Source: Kiritimatiellia bacterium
GTDB lineage: Bacteria; Verrucomicrobiota; Kiritimatiellia; JAAZAB01
Direction: 5' to 3'
Assembly: GCA_040767085.1 (NCBI GenBank)
Contig: JAXGPF010000004.1
Location: 166,756 to 230,755 of the forward strand
DNA: 64,000 nt
Every line of letters begins with the position of its first letter. The first letter of the stretch is position 1. Below are positions 49,286 to 59,880 of this stretch, one piece after another. Position numbers and translations under genes: made by a program. The notes under the pieces were generated by a model, which was not told the DNA's origin, did not search any database, and worked only from the letters and a program-made list of their open reading frames with translations.

Positions 49286-50305
49286 TCATTTAAAACCCAG
49301 TATGTCCAACCTTGCCGGTTTCCAGATGCCGCCGGCGCCCAGGCTGTTCAGCACGCGCACGGCAACCAAATTCTCCTCGTTCCAGCGCAGCCCATCCGTG
49401 ACATCCAGGTGAAAAGCCTTGTTCCAGCCGCTCGGCCCCAAATCCTGGCCGCCGGCATACACGCCATTCACCCAGACCCAGGCGCACTCATCCACGCCTT
49501 CAAACACCAGTTCCGCGGCCAGCAATTTTTCCGGCCGCGGCGGCGCGGCAAACCGGCCCCGGTACCAGGCCACGCCCACGTGCTCCATGTCCCAGGGAGC
49601 GCCGATCCTCGCCGGGATCCAGCCCGCGTCGTCAAAGCTCGGGTCAAACCACTTCCGCACGTGCCCGTCCGGCGCCAAATCCGGATGAAGCCGCCAGCCT
49701 TCCACGGGCAAAGGCCGGCTTTCGATGACGAAAATACGTTCCAGGTGATCCGCCATGTCCGGCCGGTGGCGCACCGGGACGACATTGCATTCCGGCGGCT
49801 GGAAAGCCGCCAGCAATTCCGCCGTGATCTTGCGGACTTCCGGGGCTTCATCCCGGGCCACCCGCTCCATCAAGGCAACCGCGGCCGGCTCCCGCGGCTC
49901 GATCGCCACCAGCAAACGCGCCGCCATGACCCGCACATCCGTCTCCGGATCGTCCAGCGCCTTGGCAATGTACGGCAGCGCCGCCATGCCCGGGGGCGTC
50001 CCCGCCAAGGCCAGCAGGGCCGTCCGCCGCACCACCAGGTCGGAATTATCCATGGCCGCCAGCAGCACCGCCGCCGGCGCGCCGCTTTCCGCCAAGCCGC
50101 GCGCTGCCGCCCGCCGCACCAGCGGACTCTCATCCTGCAACCCCCGCTCCAGCACCGGCAGCCCTGCCGCTCCCTGCGCCGCCGCGTCGTTCATTTGAAC
50201 CCGGCGCGCCGGCACTCCGCCGGTATCCGCGATGCTCATTCCCACCCAACCCGCCAGGAATGCCGCGGTTACCCCCGCCATGTTGATCCTTGTTTGCACT
50301 GACAT
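49286..50305 (-). CDS. Secreted HEAT-repeat protein fused to a GH2 N-terminal sugar-binding-like (galactose-binding) domain
   Basis: Signal peptide MSVQTRINMAGVTAAFLAGWVG. Four or more HEAT-like repeats (DxxVRxxAAxAL). The C-terminal 120 aa (AELVFEGVDECAWVWVNGVYAGG...WNEENLVAVRV) resemble the Glyco_hydro_2_N beta-sandwich. Confidence 0.55.
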   Translation of the reverse strand: MSVQTRINMAGVTAAFLAGWVGMSIADTGGVPARRVQMNDAAAQGAAGLPVLERGLQDESPLVRRAAARGLAESGAPAAVLLAAMDNSDLVVRRTALLALAGTPPGMAALPYIAKALDDPETDVRVMAARLLVAIEPREPAAVALMERVARDEAPEVRKITAELLAAFQPPECNVVPVRHRPDMADHLERIFVIESRPLPVEGWRLHPDLAPDGHVRKWFDPSFDDAGWIPARIGAPWDMEHVGVAWYRGRFAAPPRPEKLLAAELVFEGVDECAWVWVNGVYAGGQDLGPSGWNKAFHLDVTDGLRWNEENLVAVRVLNSLGAGGIWKPARLDILGFK

Positions 50306-50381
50306 CCCCCGTTTATCAAGCTTGCCAGCGGCATCCCTGACCGCGCCCGATGCGCCAAGCGCGGACGCCGGCCGGCGCGCA

Positions 50382-52931
50382 TCAATACACAAATTTCGTT
50401 TCAGCCTGTCGGCCGGCCGCCAGTTCGCGGACCCGCACGGTCCATTCCCCGCGCCGGTCGTTTTCCGCCAAGTTGAGTTCGACTTCCAGTTCGCCATCCC
50501 GCGCACCGTAATACCCGCTGAACTCCGCCTCCTCGCCCGCCGGATCCAGGATGCGCATCTCCACCGGCGCCACCGCCGCCACCGGCGCCCCCTGCCCATC
50601 CGTCACCGCCGCGCGCACAATCACCCGCCGCTCATCCGGATGGCGCGCCGCTGCCACACGCACCGCCTCGATCGGCCGCCCCGTGATCAGGTACAGCCGC
50701 CCGCCGCCCGGACCCAGCCGCGTCTCCCATGAAAGTTTGCCGGCGCCGGCATCCGCCGGCACCGCGCGCCTTTCGGTCAAGTCATACACGTATCCGGCCG
50801 GGCGGCGCACGCTCAGCCGCGCGGAACACTCCAGCCCCCGCTCCATCACCTTCCGGTACTGGCCCACGTAATCGCCGTACTCGCGCCGGTCATTGATGGC
50901 AAACACGTAATCGGCATCCTTGTGCGCGCGCCGGTATACCAGCACATTCGGATCGGAGGAGTCCGTGTACCACGCGTACACCGGCGCCAGGTCCGCGCGC
51001 AATTGCGCGGCCATGGCCTGCAACCCGGCCTTGTTGCGGTCCGGCGCGCCGCCCGGCGCGCCGGCTGGAATCAAAATATCCGGCGTCAGCGCCGGCGCCA
51101 GGTTGCGATCCGCCACCACCACTCCGCCCCGGCGCTGAAAGGCCTGAATTTGACCGCATACTCCCGCCGGCAAAGCCGGACAATCCGGCAGCACCAGCAC
51201 CCGCACGCCGGCCAGCCCGTCGCGCAGGATCGTTTCCTCGTACACCACCCGGGGCTGCAACCGCGCCCATTGCAGCATCTGGTGCGCCGATCCGGCCCAG
51301 CCGCGCGCCCACCCCCAGGTCCACTGGCCGCCAAAGATGCCCGACGTGAAACTCTCCAGCAGGGCCACATCGCATGGCGCATTCGTCACTTCCAGCAGGG
51401 TCGGCCCCAGCGGCAGCGCCGTATCGTGCAGCAATTCCGTCAGCACCCGCAGCGTCTCGGGATTGGTCAGACGCTGCTGGTCCCCGCCGCCCCAGAGCAC
51501 CCCGCTGCCGTAATACATGATGCCGCGCACCGGGCGCGAGATTTTCAGCCAGAACGCCTCGCGCAACTGGTCGGGCGCCGTGGTAATGAAAGCCGCGGTG
51601 GGCTCGCTCAGCTCCCATGCCGCCGGCGCAACGGCGGCGTTGGATGGCGCCACCTGCTTGCGGTACCATAGCACCTGGGTCATTTTCATCATGTCCTGCC
51701 CCGGCCGGCCCGCCGCCATGGCCAGCAATTCATCCGCCGCCAGCGCCATCCGCGGCGGATCGGGATAGGTGTAGGTCCAATGTGCAATCACATCCAGACC
51801 GCCGCCGCTGCCCCATAACGGCGGCGCGCGCACCGCCGGATCGGTAAAAGTCCAGAATCCCGGAGACAGGCCGGCGTTTTTCAGGCCTGCATGGACCATG
51901 GTGTTCAGGTCGTTCCAACCGTCGCCAGTCTTCCAGAACCAGCGGTAAAAATGCAGGATGAGGTCGTCATCCGGCACCAACCCGTTGACCGGCAAGCAAG
52001 CCGGCCCCTGCTTGCGGCCCAACCCGCTTTTATGGACCGCCGCCGTGGGGATTTCCCGGCCGGCGAATGCCTGATAGGCGGCCAGGTCATGCGGATGAAA
52101 GCACAATTCGGTGTCATCGCGGATTTCATTGTTGATGTCGGCGCCCAGGAAGGCCGGATGACCTCCGCAGGTCAAGGCGACACTCGCTCCAACGTTGTGG
52201 CAGAATTCCTGCGCCTCCGGGAACAGCCCGCATAAATTCACCCGGCGATACGGTTGGCCGTTGCGGTCCAGACGCTGGTACAATTGCATTAGTCTGGCGT
52301 CCGCCTGTAAAAAGCGACCGGGATTGACGGTTGCAATCGCCCTGATGCCATTGGCCAGAAAATTGTCCAGGGTTGCGGCCGTCATGTCTGGATTGACCGC
52401 CAGAGGCGCCCCGGCGCGCCAGACTTGCCCGTACACCCGCGCAATGAACATGCAATGATTGAAGCCCGCGGCCTTGGCCTTGGCCATGTCCCATGAATAA
52501 GCCCCCCAGAGTACGATGGGCATGACCTGCGGCAGCGGCCGCGGGACAAACGTCATGACCGTCTCGGCTTCGGCCGCAACCGGGCCGGACGCCCCGGCGC
52601 CGGCCAGCCGCAGCATGACCCGGTATTGACCCGGCTTCCAGGATGTGTCCAGGGGAATCGCCACAGCCAGAGCGCCTCCAGCCGGCAGGCAGTCCGAGGG
52701 CAAAACCGCCGGCAGGGGAAAATCGCCGGCCGATGCCGACAGGCGCAGATTGGCCACCGGTCCGGCCAGGGCATTGGTAACCTGCCAGTTCAGGAAGGCG
52801 CCGGCTTCCATCCGTTGGAACACCGTCCGACCGGCAAGCTCCACCTGCACGGACGGCGCGGCGGGCTCCGCCGCCCAAAAGTGCGCCGCCGGCCACACCG
52901 CGCCCAGCGCCAGCATCAGGCCCACAAACAT
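50382..52931 (-). CDS. Secreted GH42-like TIM-barrel protein with an amidotransferase-like trimerisation domain
   Basis: Signal peptide MFVGLMLALGAVWPAAHFWA. VRVLVLPDCPALPAGVCGQIQAFQRRGGVVVAD resembles the GH42 trimerisation domain. ATG at 52931. Confidence 0.45.
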   Translation of the reverse strand: MFVGLMLALGAVWPAAHFWAAEPAAPSVQVELAGRTVFQRMEAGAFLNWQVTNALAGPVANLRLSASAGDFPLPAVLPSDCLPAGGALAVAIPLDTSWKPGQYRVMLRLAGAGASGPVAAEAETVMTFVPRPLPQVMPIVLWGAYSWDMAKAKAAGFNHCMFIARVYGQVWRAGAPLAVNPDMTAATLDNFLANGIRAIATVNPGRFLQADARLMQLYQRLDRNGQPYRRVNLCGLFPEAQEFCHNVGASVALTCGGHPAFLGADINNEIRDDTELCFHPHDLAAYQAFAGREIPTAAVHKSGLGRKQGPACLPVNGLVPDDDLILHFYRWFWKTGDGWNDLNTMVHAGLKNAGLSPGFWTFTDPAVRAPPLWGSGGGLDVIAHWTYTYPDPPRMALAADELLAMAAGRPGQDMMKMTQVLWYRKQVAPSNAAVAPAAWELSEPTAAFITTAPDQLREAFWLKISRPVRGIMYYGSGVLWGGGDQQRLTNPETLRVLTELLHDTALPLGPTLLEVTNAPCDVALLESFTSGIFGGQWTWGWARGWAGSAHQMLQWARLQPRVVYEETILRDGLAGVRVLVLPDCPALPAGVCGQIQAFQRRGGVVVADRNLAPALTPDILIPAGAPGGAPDRNKAGLQAMAAQLRADLAPVYAWYTDSSDPNVLVYRRAHKDADYVFAINDRREYGDYVGQYRKVMERGLECSARLSVRRPAGYVYDLTERRAVPADAGAGKLSWETRLGPGGGRLYLITGRPIEAVRVAAARHPDERRVIVRAAVTDGQGAPVAAVAPVEMRILDPAGEEAEFSGYYGARDGELEVELNLAENDRRGEWTVRVRELAAGRQAETKFVY

Positions 52932-52992
52932 TTGCCCATGTAACACGATGCAACCCTTCCCTTGAATCCGCCAATCAACGCGCCCGCGGCCA

Positions 52993-54642
52993 TTACCGCA
53001 CCGAAAAAATGGTGCCGGCATGGGGCAGCAGCCGCTCGTAACATCCGATATCCACGATGTCGTACAGAATCCGAGGCGCGCCGTCCAGATCCACGGCATC
53101 CTCCATCCAGGCGCGGTTGGCGCCCTGGTTGATGCAGGACGATGCCGGGTGCAGATGATAATTGAGCGATGCCGGCGCAACGAAAAGCGGATCGGAAGTA
53201 ATAGTGCCGACGGAATACGTGGCCGGCGCGCCGGACAGTTCCGGAGCCAGGCAGCAGTTGGTGAAGGTGATTATATCGCTTTCTACCAGGTAATAATTCC
53301 GGGTGGCCGAATCGGGCGTCGAATTAGAATTGCCGTAAATGATGGTGTTTTCCAACAAATGTTTCCGGGTGGTGTTGCCGCAATACACCCCGCCGCCATA
53401 CTGGCTCTTGGCATAATTGCCGGCAATCGTGCAGTTGAATATGTAGGTGTCGTGAGCCGCGGTGTCCGTGCAATGAATCCCGCCGCCGCGGTAATCGGAA
53501 AACGAAGCGCTGTTGTTGACGATCAGGCTGTTCCATACCTGCCCGCCCAGCATCAGAATCCCGCCGCCGCGGCGGCTGGTGTTGTCCATTATCTTGCTGT
53601 TCCTGATCACGCTGTTGAGGCGCGACATGTAAACCCCGCCGCCGCCCTGGTTGCCGCCGCCGATGCCGGGGCAGGTATTGCTGACAATGACACAGCCGCT
53701 AATTTCGCCAACGGAATACAACGCAATTCCGCCGCCGTATTCCCGGCTGTAATTGCCGCTGACCACGCAATTTGAGAAAATATTGTATGACCCGTATTGC
53801 GCACCCGCCCCGCCGCCGTAGGTGTGTCCGTAATTGCCGGTTATCCGGCAATCATTGAACACGGCGCAGCGGGGGTATGCCCCACCGCCCTGATCGCCGG
53901 CCCAGTTTTCGATAAAATCGCAATCGTCAAAAAGGGTCGGGCGGATAGTGCCCTGATGGTAAGCATGCATACCGCCGCCGTCGCCCGTGGCGACATTGGT
54001 CTGAAAAGTGCAGCCCGCCACGACAAAATGTTCCGCATTGCTGCCGATGAAATACGCCCCGGCGCCGTTTTCCGCCCGGTTGGAAACAAAAGTGCAGCCG
54101 TAAACCAGGTTGGTGCTGTCGGATGCGTCCAAGTTCGCGCGGTTGAAATACAACCCGCCGCCATTGACCGCCGCCTCGTTGTTGGCCAGCACGCAATTCC
54201 GCAGTTCGCCGTTATGCATGTACACGCCGGCGCCGGCGGGATCAGCCGGCGCGGCGTAGCCGCCGGTGATATAAAGATTATCCAGGAGCCCGGTGACCCC
54301 GGCGGAAAAATAAAAACAGCGGACCGCGCCGCCGCCGTCCACCACCGGCTGCCCGTTCGTGCCGCGGATGGCAACCTGGCAATTGACGGTCACCTGCCCG
54401 TCCAGCAGGTATGTCCCCGCATCCACCCAGACGGTGTTGTCCGGTTCGCCGGCGGCGTCTACATAATCCACGGCCGTGCCGATGTTGGTCGCGGCGTTGG
54501 CCCAGGTGTTGTACGGTTCGGCGGGATTCACGCCGGGCGTGCCCGGCTCGACCACGTAAACCACCGCCGCCCATCCCGGACCACAACCAATCCCTATGCT
54601 CATACAAAGCAGCGCGATGCAAGCAGCTTGACGATGCGACAT
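52993..54642 (-). CDS. Secreted right-handed parallel beta-helix repeat protein (pectate-lyase-fold)
   Basis: Signal peptide followed by many GG/NN-containing PbH1-like repeats of about 22-25 aa (GGGxYxxN, NNTAxxNGGG). ATG at 54642. Confidence 0.6.
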   Translation of the reverse strand: MSHRQAACIALLCMSIGIGCGPGWAAVVYVVEPGTPGVNPAEPYNTWANAATNIGTAVDYVDAAGEPDNTVWVDAGTYLLDGQVTVNCQVAIRGTNGQPVVDGGGAVRCFYFSAGVTGLLDNLYITGGYAAPADPAGAGVYMHNGELRNCVLANNEAAVNGGGLYFNRANLDASDSTNLVYGCTFVSNRAENGAGAYFIGSNAEHFVVAGCTFQTNVATGDGGGMHAYHQGTIRPTLFDDCDFIENWAGDQGGGAYPRCAVFNDCRITGNYGHTYGGGAGAQYGSYNIFSNCVVSGNYSREYGGGIALYSVGEISGCVIVSNTCPGIGGGNQGGGGVYMSRLNSVIRNSKIMDNTSRRGGGILMLGGQVWNSLIVNNSASFSDYRGGGIHCTDTAAHDTYIFNCTIAGNYAKSQYGGGVYCGNTTRKHLLENTIIYGNSNSTPDSATRNYYLVESDIITFTNCCLAPELSGAPATYSVGTITSDPLFVAPASLNYHLHPASSCINQGANRAWMEDAVDLDGAPRILYDIVDIGCYERLLPHAGTIFSVR

Positions 54643-54807
54643 TTTCTGTCTCCTTTCGCTTACGCCGCGGCCGGCCGGGCCGCCGCCTGGTTTATGCTGG
54701 CCCGCCCGGCGGGTTCGACGGGCGGCGCCAAAAAATATATTGATCCATCGCCGACAGTCTGGCAAGGTTTTTGTCACACGACTGCCCCACGGATCAAAAT
54801 CTTCCGG

Positions 54808-57372
54808 TCATAACTGCACCTTGAGCACCTGGCCCCAGCGGAACGCGGGCAACTCCACCTGCCAGCCGCCGCGCACGCGACGCAGGGGCAAAGCCGGGCC
54901 GGGCTCCGGCAGGCAGCAATGCATGGCGTCGGGCCGGGCGCCGCGCCAGGTCAATTTCACCCCCCACCGCCAGGGCGGCACATCCGCATCGCCCGCGGCG
55001 GCGTTGCCCGGCTGCGGGAACTGCTGGACATGCACAATGGCGGATCGGCGGCGGCGAAAGACGCCGGCAATCAGGCCCGGCCCGCCGTCTACCAGGGCGG
55101 GCGGCGGGGCGAATCGGCTGAGCCAGGCGCGCGCCGCAGCGGACAGGCCGGCGCTGGGCGACTGCCGGAAAATCATCCCGGGCTCGAACGCGCATTGCAG
55201 AATCCGCCCGCGCCCCACACGGCTTTCGTGGAGGCAAGGGCCTGGCGCAAACAGCCGGATGCCAGCCAGGCGGCCGGATGCAGGCAGCTCTGCCAGCGGC
55301 CGGGCCGCCACGCTGGTCCATCCTGGGACGGACGGATCATGAAACCGTGCGTGCAATTCCGGGCGCTGCCGCAGCGTCTCCCAATCGGGGAACCGCCGGC
55401 CGAACGGGAAGCGCGCGCGGTCGCCCAGCGGCGTCCGGCGCGGCTCGCCGTGTTCATCGCATACGCCGAACCAGGGGCCGGTGACCAGGACGCCGCCGGC
55501 CTTTACGTAACGCATGACCTGGCGGTACTGAGCCGCAGATAGCGCCACTGCCAATGGCATCAGCAGCAGGGGATATTCCCGCAAGGCATGTTCCGCGCCG
55601 CGGCCGGCGGCCAGATGCGCATCGAAAATCACGTCGCAATTCAGGCCGGCATGCGCCAGCATATGGTGCCATCCGACCAGGCCGTTCCAGTACCAGCTGG
55701 TTTTATCAAGCCGGATGTAATCCGGATTGCGCCCGAAAACAAAGGTATCCACCTGCTGCGAAACATGCAATGCCGCATACGGCCAGGAAGGCAGGTTGAG
55801 GTACGGGGCGCGCGGCAGGAGTTCCCGCGCCAGTTCCCCCAGCACCAGCCCTTCCACCGTCCCGCGCCCGCCGCCGACGCTGGCATGGCCGCCGGCGGTG
55901 GCGCAGGCCAGCGCGAAATCCAGCATCGGGCGCGGGCGCGGCTGTTGTCCCCGGATCGTCGGTTTGGACGCCTGCGCCATGCCCATCCATACTTCCGTGT
56001 CAGGGCGGCCGTACGCGCGCATCAAACGCGTATAAAAAGCGCCGCGCAACGGCTCGCCGTCGGCCTCGGAACCGCTGATGAAGCCCTTGCCGAAAGGGGC
56101 CAGGGGGATGCCGGAATGCCAGTTCGTGTTCTCGCGGTGGTAATGGTTGAAAACAATCGCGGCCTCCGGCACGGCCCGGCGCACTGTCTCCGTCAGCCGC
56201 TGCCAATAGGCGCTGAACATGTCGTAGCGCCACTGCACCCAGCGCCGGAATTCCGGCCGGCTCCAATCGTAGGCGTCCGGCAAGGCGCACCCCGCCGCCC
56301 GCTGGAACGCCCGGGCGCAATGCGGGCAGACGCATGAAACCGGGGCCGGCTTCGACCAGGAAGGCGAAAGGAATGACGCGTCAAACCAGATGCCGTCAAA
56401 ATCGAATTTACGCAGCAACTCGATGCAGGCGCCGATCATGGCGTTGCCGTAGGGGCTGTTGATGCAGCAGGCGCCATGGCCCCAGGAATTTTCAGCAGGA
56501 GGGTTAACCAGGAAATGCTGGCGCCAGCCGGGGTGCGCCTCCCACGCCGGCCGGTTGATGGTTAACGACATCCAGGTCATGGCGGAAATCCTCCGCTGAT
56601 GCAGGAGCGCCACCCATTTTTGCAACGCCGCCTCATGTTCCGGCTTGGCTTTTGGATTGGACGGCAGGTATTTTGAACGATATAACAAGCCCCGACTTCC
56701 GCCATCCACGGAAATCCAGCGCGCATCCACACCCAGGTTGGCCATTAAATGCTCAAATTCGGGAATCGGCATGCCGCCGCAGGGACCGAGGGGATCCGGA
56801 CGGTTTTCATGCCGCACCAACGTCCGCGCGTAATTCCGCCAAAGCGCGCCCCGGTCCTCGCGTATGATATCCGGCACGCCGTTCCGCCATGCGACCGCAT
56901 CAAGCCGGAAAGACCAGCCGCCCGTGCCGCTGATGATGCGCAGCGCCAAGGTATGCGGGCCGGGCCCTACGGCCAGCACCACCGGATGACGTCCGCCCCG
57001 GTTGCCGTTGCGCAAATCCAGCGCCTCCCGGCCGTCTACCCACAAGACGGCGTAAAAATCCACATCCAGCCGCAGCGAGAGCGCGCCCTCGCCGGGCGCC
57101 GTGAAACGCGCGAACGCGAAAGCCTGCGGCGTCCCGTCTGTCCCGCCCAGCGCCGCGCCCAGGTTCAGCGTATGATCGGTCAGGACCATGCGGCGCGGCT
57201 GCAGCCGCGCGCCCGGCATGGCCACCGCACCGGCGGGCGGCTTGTGCGCCGCATCCAGAGGCATCGGCACCCAGCGATCCATGGCGCCGGGGGCGTAAAC
57301 CGGCCCGATGACCGTCCAGGTTTGCAGTTCGATTTCAAGTTTGCGGCGGATGACGGCATGGTTTTTTTTCAT
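54808..57372 (-). CDS. Cytoplasmic GH42-like / glycoside-hydrolase-like TIM-barrel protein
   Basis: FDGIWFDASF and YPLLLMPLAVALSAAQYRQVMRYVKAGGVLVTG resemble the GH42 trimerisation domain. No signal peptide. Confidence 0.45.
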   Translation of the reverse strand: MKKNHAVIRRKLEIELQTWTVIGPVYAPGAMDRWVPMPLDAAHKPPAGAVAMPGARLQPRRMVLTDHTLNLGAALGGTDGTPQAFAFARFTAPGEGALSLRLDVDFYAVLWVDGREALDLRNGNRGGRHPVVLAVGPGPHTLALRIISGTGGWSFRLDAVAWRNGVPDIIREDRGALWRNYARTLVRHENRPDPLGPCGGMPIPEFEHLMANLGVDARWISVDGGSRGLLYRSKYLPSNPKAKPEHEAALQKWVALLHQRRISAMTWMSLTINRPAWEAHPGWRQHFLVNPPAENSWGHGACCINSPYGNAMIGACIELLRKFDFDGIWFDASFLSPSWSKPAPVSCVCPHCARAFQRAAGCALPDAYDWSRPEFRRWVQWRYDMFSAYWQRLTETVRRAVPEAAIVFNHYHRENTNWHSGIPLAPFGKGFISGSEADGEPLRGAFYTRLMRAYGRPDTEVWMGMAQASKPTIRGQQPRPRPMLDFALACATAGGHASVGGGRGTVEGLVLGELARELLPRAPYLNLPSWPYAALHVSQQVDTFVFGRNPDYIRLDKTSWYWNGLVGWHHMLAHAGLNCDVIFDAHLAAGRGAEHALREYPLLLMPLAVALSAAQYRQVMRYVKAGGVLVTGPWFGVCDEHGEPRRTPLGDRARFPFGRRFPDWETLRQRPELHARFHDPSVPGWTSVAARPLAELPASGRLAGIRLFAPGPCLHESRVGRGRILQCAFEPGMIFRQSPSAGLSAAARAWLSRFAPPPALVDGGPGLIAGVFRRRRSAIVHVQQFPQPGNAAAGDADVPPWRWGVKLTWRGARPDAMHCCLPEPGPALPLRRVRGGWQVELPAFRWGQVLKVQL

Positions 57373-57432
57373 AATCGTCTTCCTGACCGTGTGCCGGCCG
57401 CGGCGGACAGCATGCCGCCGCCCGGCGGCTTT

Positions 57433-59874
57433 TCACGCCGCCGGGCCCACCGGCGGAAAATAAACAAACAAGTGGCTGATGGCGTCATTTTCACCAATAT
57501 AAAGTTCGCCATCCGGGCCGGCGGCCATCGTTGCGGCCCGGTGTATAATCCAGGTCTTGGGAATTCTCGACCGCATCAAGCCGCAATCCAGCATGCCGCC
57601 GGTGCGGGGATCAAACCGGACCAGGTGCGTCAGAAGATTTGGTCCGCCGGCCAAGCCCCACACCAGCCCGTCCCGTCCTACCGCCAGCGCGGCCAGGGAG
57701 CCGGCGGCAGCGGGCCGGCCAAAATTCAGGATCCCCCCCCGCTCCGGATCCAGCCGGAAGAGGCAGCCGTCGGCCGCGGCGCCGCCGTAAATCCGCCCAT
57801 CCCGCGCGGCGGCAAAAGCCTCGGCATAATTGAGGTATTCGCGGCCGGCGCCGCAGGGTAATTTCCATCCGGTATCCGTGAAGGCGCCGTCATCCGGCGT
57901 ATAACGGATGATGTATCCATGATGTCCGGAAAAATAAACCGCCCCCTGATGGCACAGCATTGCCCGGGATAGATTGCCGGCTTTGACGATATGCTGGGCG
58001 AAGATATCCCGGATTTCCGTCTGCCGGGAAGCGATGTCGTGAATAAAAAACTTGCCGCCCGGCCAGGAAAGCCCGTAAATCCTGCCCCGGGGTTCATCCA
58101 GCGCCATGGCGCAGATGCCTTCGCCCGGCACGCAGGGACCGCGGTCATCAAGGCGCGTGCAGTCGCCGCCCGGAGTCAGTATCCGGCCGGAAAATTCACC
58201 GCGGTCCACATCGTCATAGGCGCGCATCCAGTCGGCCTGGCGCGGCGCGTCATACATGTACAAACGCCCGGTCGCATCTGCTCCGCCAGTCACGCCCGCA
58301 AACAACCGCCCCTGCGCATCCATCAGCAGTGAGCGGCAGACCGCCGGACCGGACCCCAGCGTATTCAGCAGCAGCAACCGTCCAGCCAGGGGAGTCCTGA
58401 AAAACAGGTGTGACCGGCTGCCGGACGTGGCGCCAAAAACGCCGCCATCCTGCGCCACCGCCAGGGCGGTGACGGCGCACTCGTTGCGCGGCAGGCATGG
58501 CTGCCGGCTGCCGCCGCCGATTTCGCAGGCTATGAAGCGTCCGTCCGTTGCAAAAACCGAACTGCAGTCCCGCGTAGCCAGGTGGTATAACCGCGGCAAT
58601 GGCGGCGGCGGAACAGCCGGCGCCGCGACCGCCGGCGGGGTCCAGGCCGGGGGCGGAGGTTGCCGCACCCCGTGCGGATTGAAAATTACCAGTTGCAGCG
58701 GCAATTCCGGCCGCACTTTCCAGGAAGCGAAATAAACCGCGCCATCGTGCCCAACAGCCGCCGCCACCGGGCAAAGCACCGGCGGCAATCCCGCGGCCTG
58801 CATGACGCCGTAATCCTGTTTGCCGCCCGTAGCGGGATCCACGGCGACAATATTCGCGCGCATGCGCAGCAGGCCGTCCTGGCTGTTGATGTTGCCCTGC
58901 GCATTGAGCGCGTAGTGGGCCGCGGCATAAATCCGCCCGTCGCGCCCCAGGGCCATGGTGCGGATAAACGGATAGTCAACTTCAGCCTCTCCGGGATCCG
59001 GCGCCAGCGCGGGCCCCAGGTCGCGCAACCGGCCGTATCTCCCCGCCGTGGGATCGAATTCGAACAGGCGCCGGCCGCGGATGGCGGCGCCGTATAACTT
59101 CACGCCGTCGGGGCCGGGGATAAAATTAAACACGCCGTTCTGATCGCTTTCCCGCCAACGGGCATTGGGAATCTGGAGCGGCAGGCGTTCAAGGGATTCG
59201 TCCCGGGGGTCATACCGCAGGATAAAGCCCCGGCAATCCGTGGTGAAAACATAGCCGGCCGCGCTGTAGCAAGGCCCCATGAAATCATACTGGGCAATGC
59301 GGCCCAGGTCGCGCACCTCCCCCGTCCGCAGGCGGATGACCATGAAATGCGCCGTCAGGAACGTGGTGAGATACAATTCCTCCCGTTCCGGGTTATAGCC
59401 CAGCCAGCGGCAGCCGCCTTTGGGCGAGACAACGCCGAAATCGCGCACACTGCGCGCCGCCGGATCGTAAATCACCAGGTGCGACCCTTTAAAACAGCGC
59501 TCATGGTCATTGTACACGTGCCAAAAGTGGTAGTAATCCTCGCCCGCCGGCGGGGCGGTCATATGGGAGACCGCATATATTCTGCCATCAGCCCCCGCGC
59601 AGATGGATGTGTGGATTTTGGAATGGGGATGGCGCTGGGGCTCGGCGGCCTCGGGCAAAACGGCGGCCAGATCGGCGATTTCGGACACGGCATCCGCCGC
59701 CGGATCGTAAGCCAGCAGGCGGGCATAAAGCCCGGGCGATGTGGTTTCCGCGCTCAAACCGAGATAAATCCGGCCATCCTTGCCGGCGGCGGCGGCATAG
59801 ATCACATCATGCCCGGCCGGAGCTTCCACAATACGGGCCGTTAATAATTTCGGATCAACCGCCGGATGTTGCAT
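57433..59874 (-). CDS. Double beta-propeller repeat protein with a Pro-rich linker
   Basis: Recurring GxDGRIY motifs (GKDGRIYLG, GADGRIYAVSH, GRDGRIYAAAH, ARDGRIYGGAA and others) in two blocks, separated by PPPPAWTPPAVAAPAVPPPPLP. No signal peptide. Confidence 0.5.
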   Translation of the reverse strand: MQHPAVDPKLLTARIVEAPAGHDVIYAAAAGKDGRIYLGLSAETTSPGLYARLLAYDPAADAVSEIADLAAVLPEAAEPQRHPHSKIHTSICAGADGRIYAVSHMTAPPAGEDYYHFWHVYNDHERCFKGSHLVIYDPAARSVRDFGVVSPKGGCRWLGYNPEREELYLTTFLTAHFMVIRLRTGEVRDLGRIAQYDFMGPCYSAAGYVFTTDCRGFILRYDPRDESLERLPLQIPNARWRESDQNGVFNFIPGPDGVKLYGAAIRGRRLFEFDPTAGRYGRLRDLGPALAPDPGEAEVDYPFIRTMALGRDGRIYAAAHYALNAQGNINSQDGLLRMRANIVAVDPATGGKQDYGVMQAAGLPPVLCPVAAAVGHDGAVYFASWKVRPELPLQLVIFNPHGVRQPPPPAWTPPAVAAPAVPPPPLPRLYHLATRDCSSVFATDGRFIACEIGGGSRQPCLPRNECAVTALAVAQDGGVFGATSGSRSHLFFRTPLAGRLLLLNTLGSGPAVCRSLLMDAQGRLFAGVTGGADATGRLYMYDAPRQADWMRAYDDVDRGEFSGRILTPGGDCTRLDDRGPCVPGEGICAMALDEPRGRIYGLSWPGGKFFIHDIASRQTEIRDIFAQHIVKAGNLSRAMLCHQGAVYFSGHHGYIIRYTPDDGAFTDTGWKLPCGAGREYLNYAEAFAAARDGRIYGGAAADGCLFRLDPERGGILNFGRPAAAGSLAALAVGRDGLVWGLAGGPNLLTHLVRFDPRTGGMLDCGLMRSRIPKTWIIHRAATMAAGPDGELYIGENDAISHLFVYFPPVGPAA

Positions 59875-59880
59875 GGCGCA

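Noticed and set aside
56749-57861. 370-aa plus-strand ORF, and 55588..56337 +
   Set aside because: Antisense to the 854-aa GH-like and propeller genes; R/A/G-rich low complexity.
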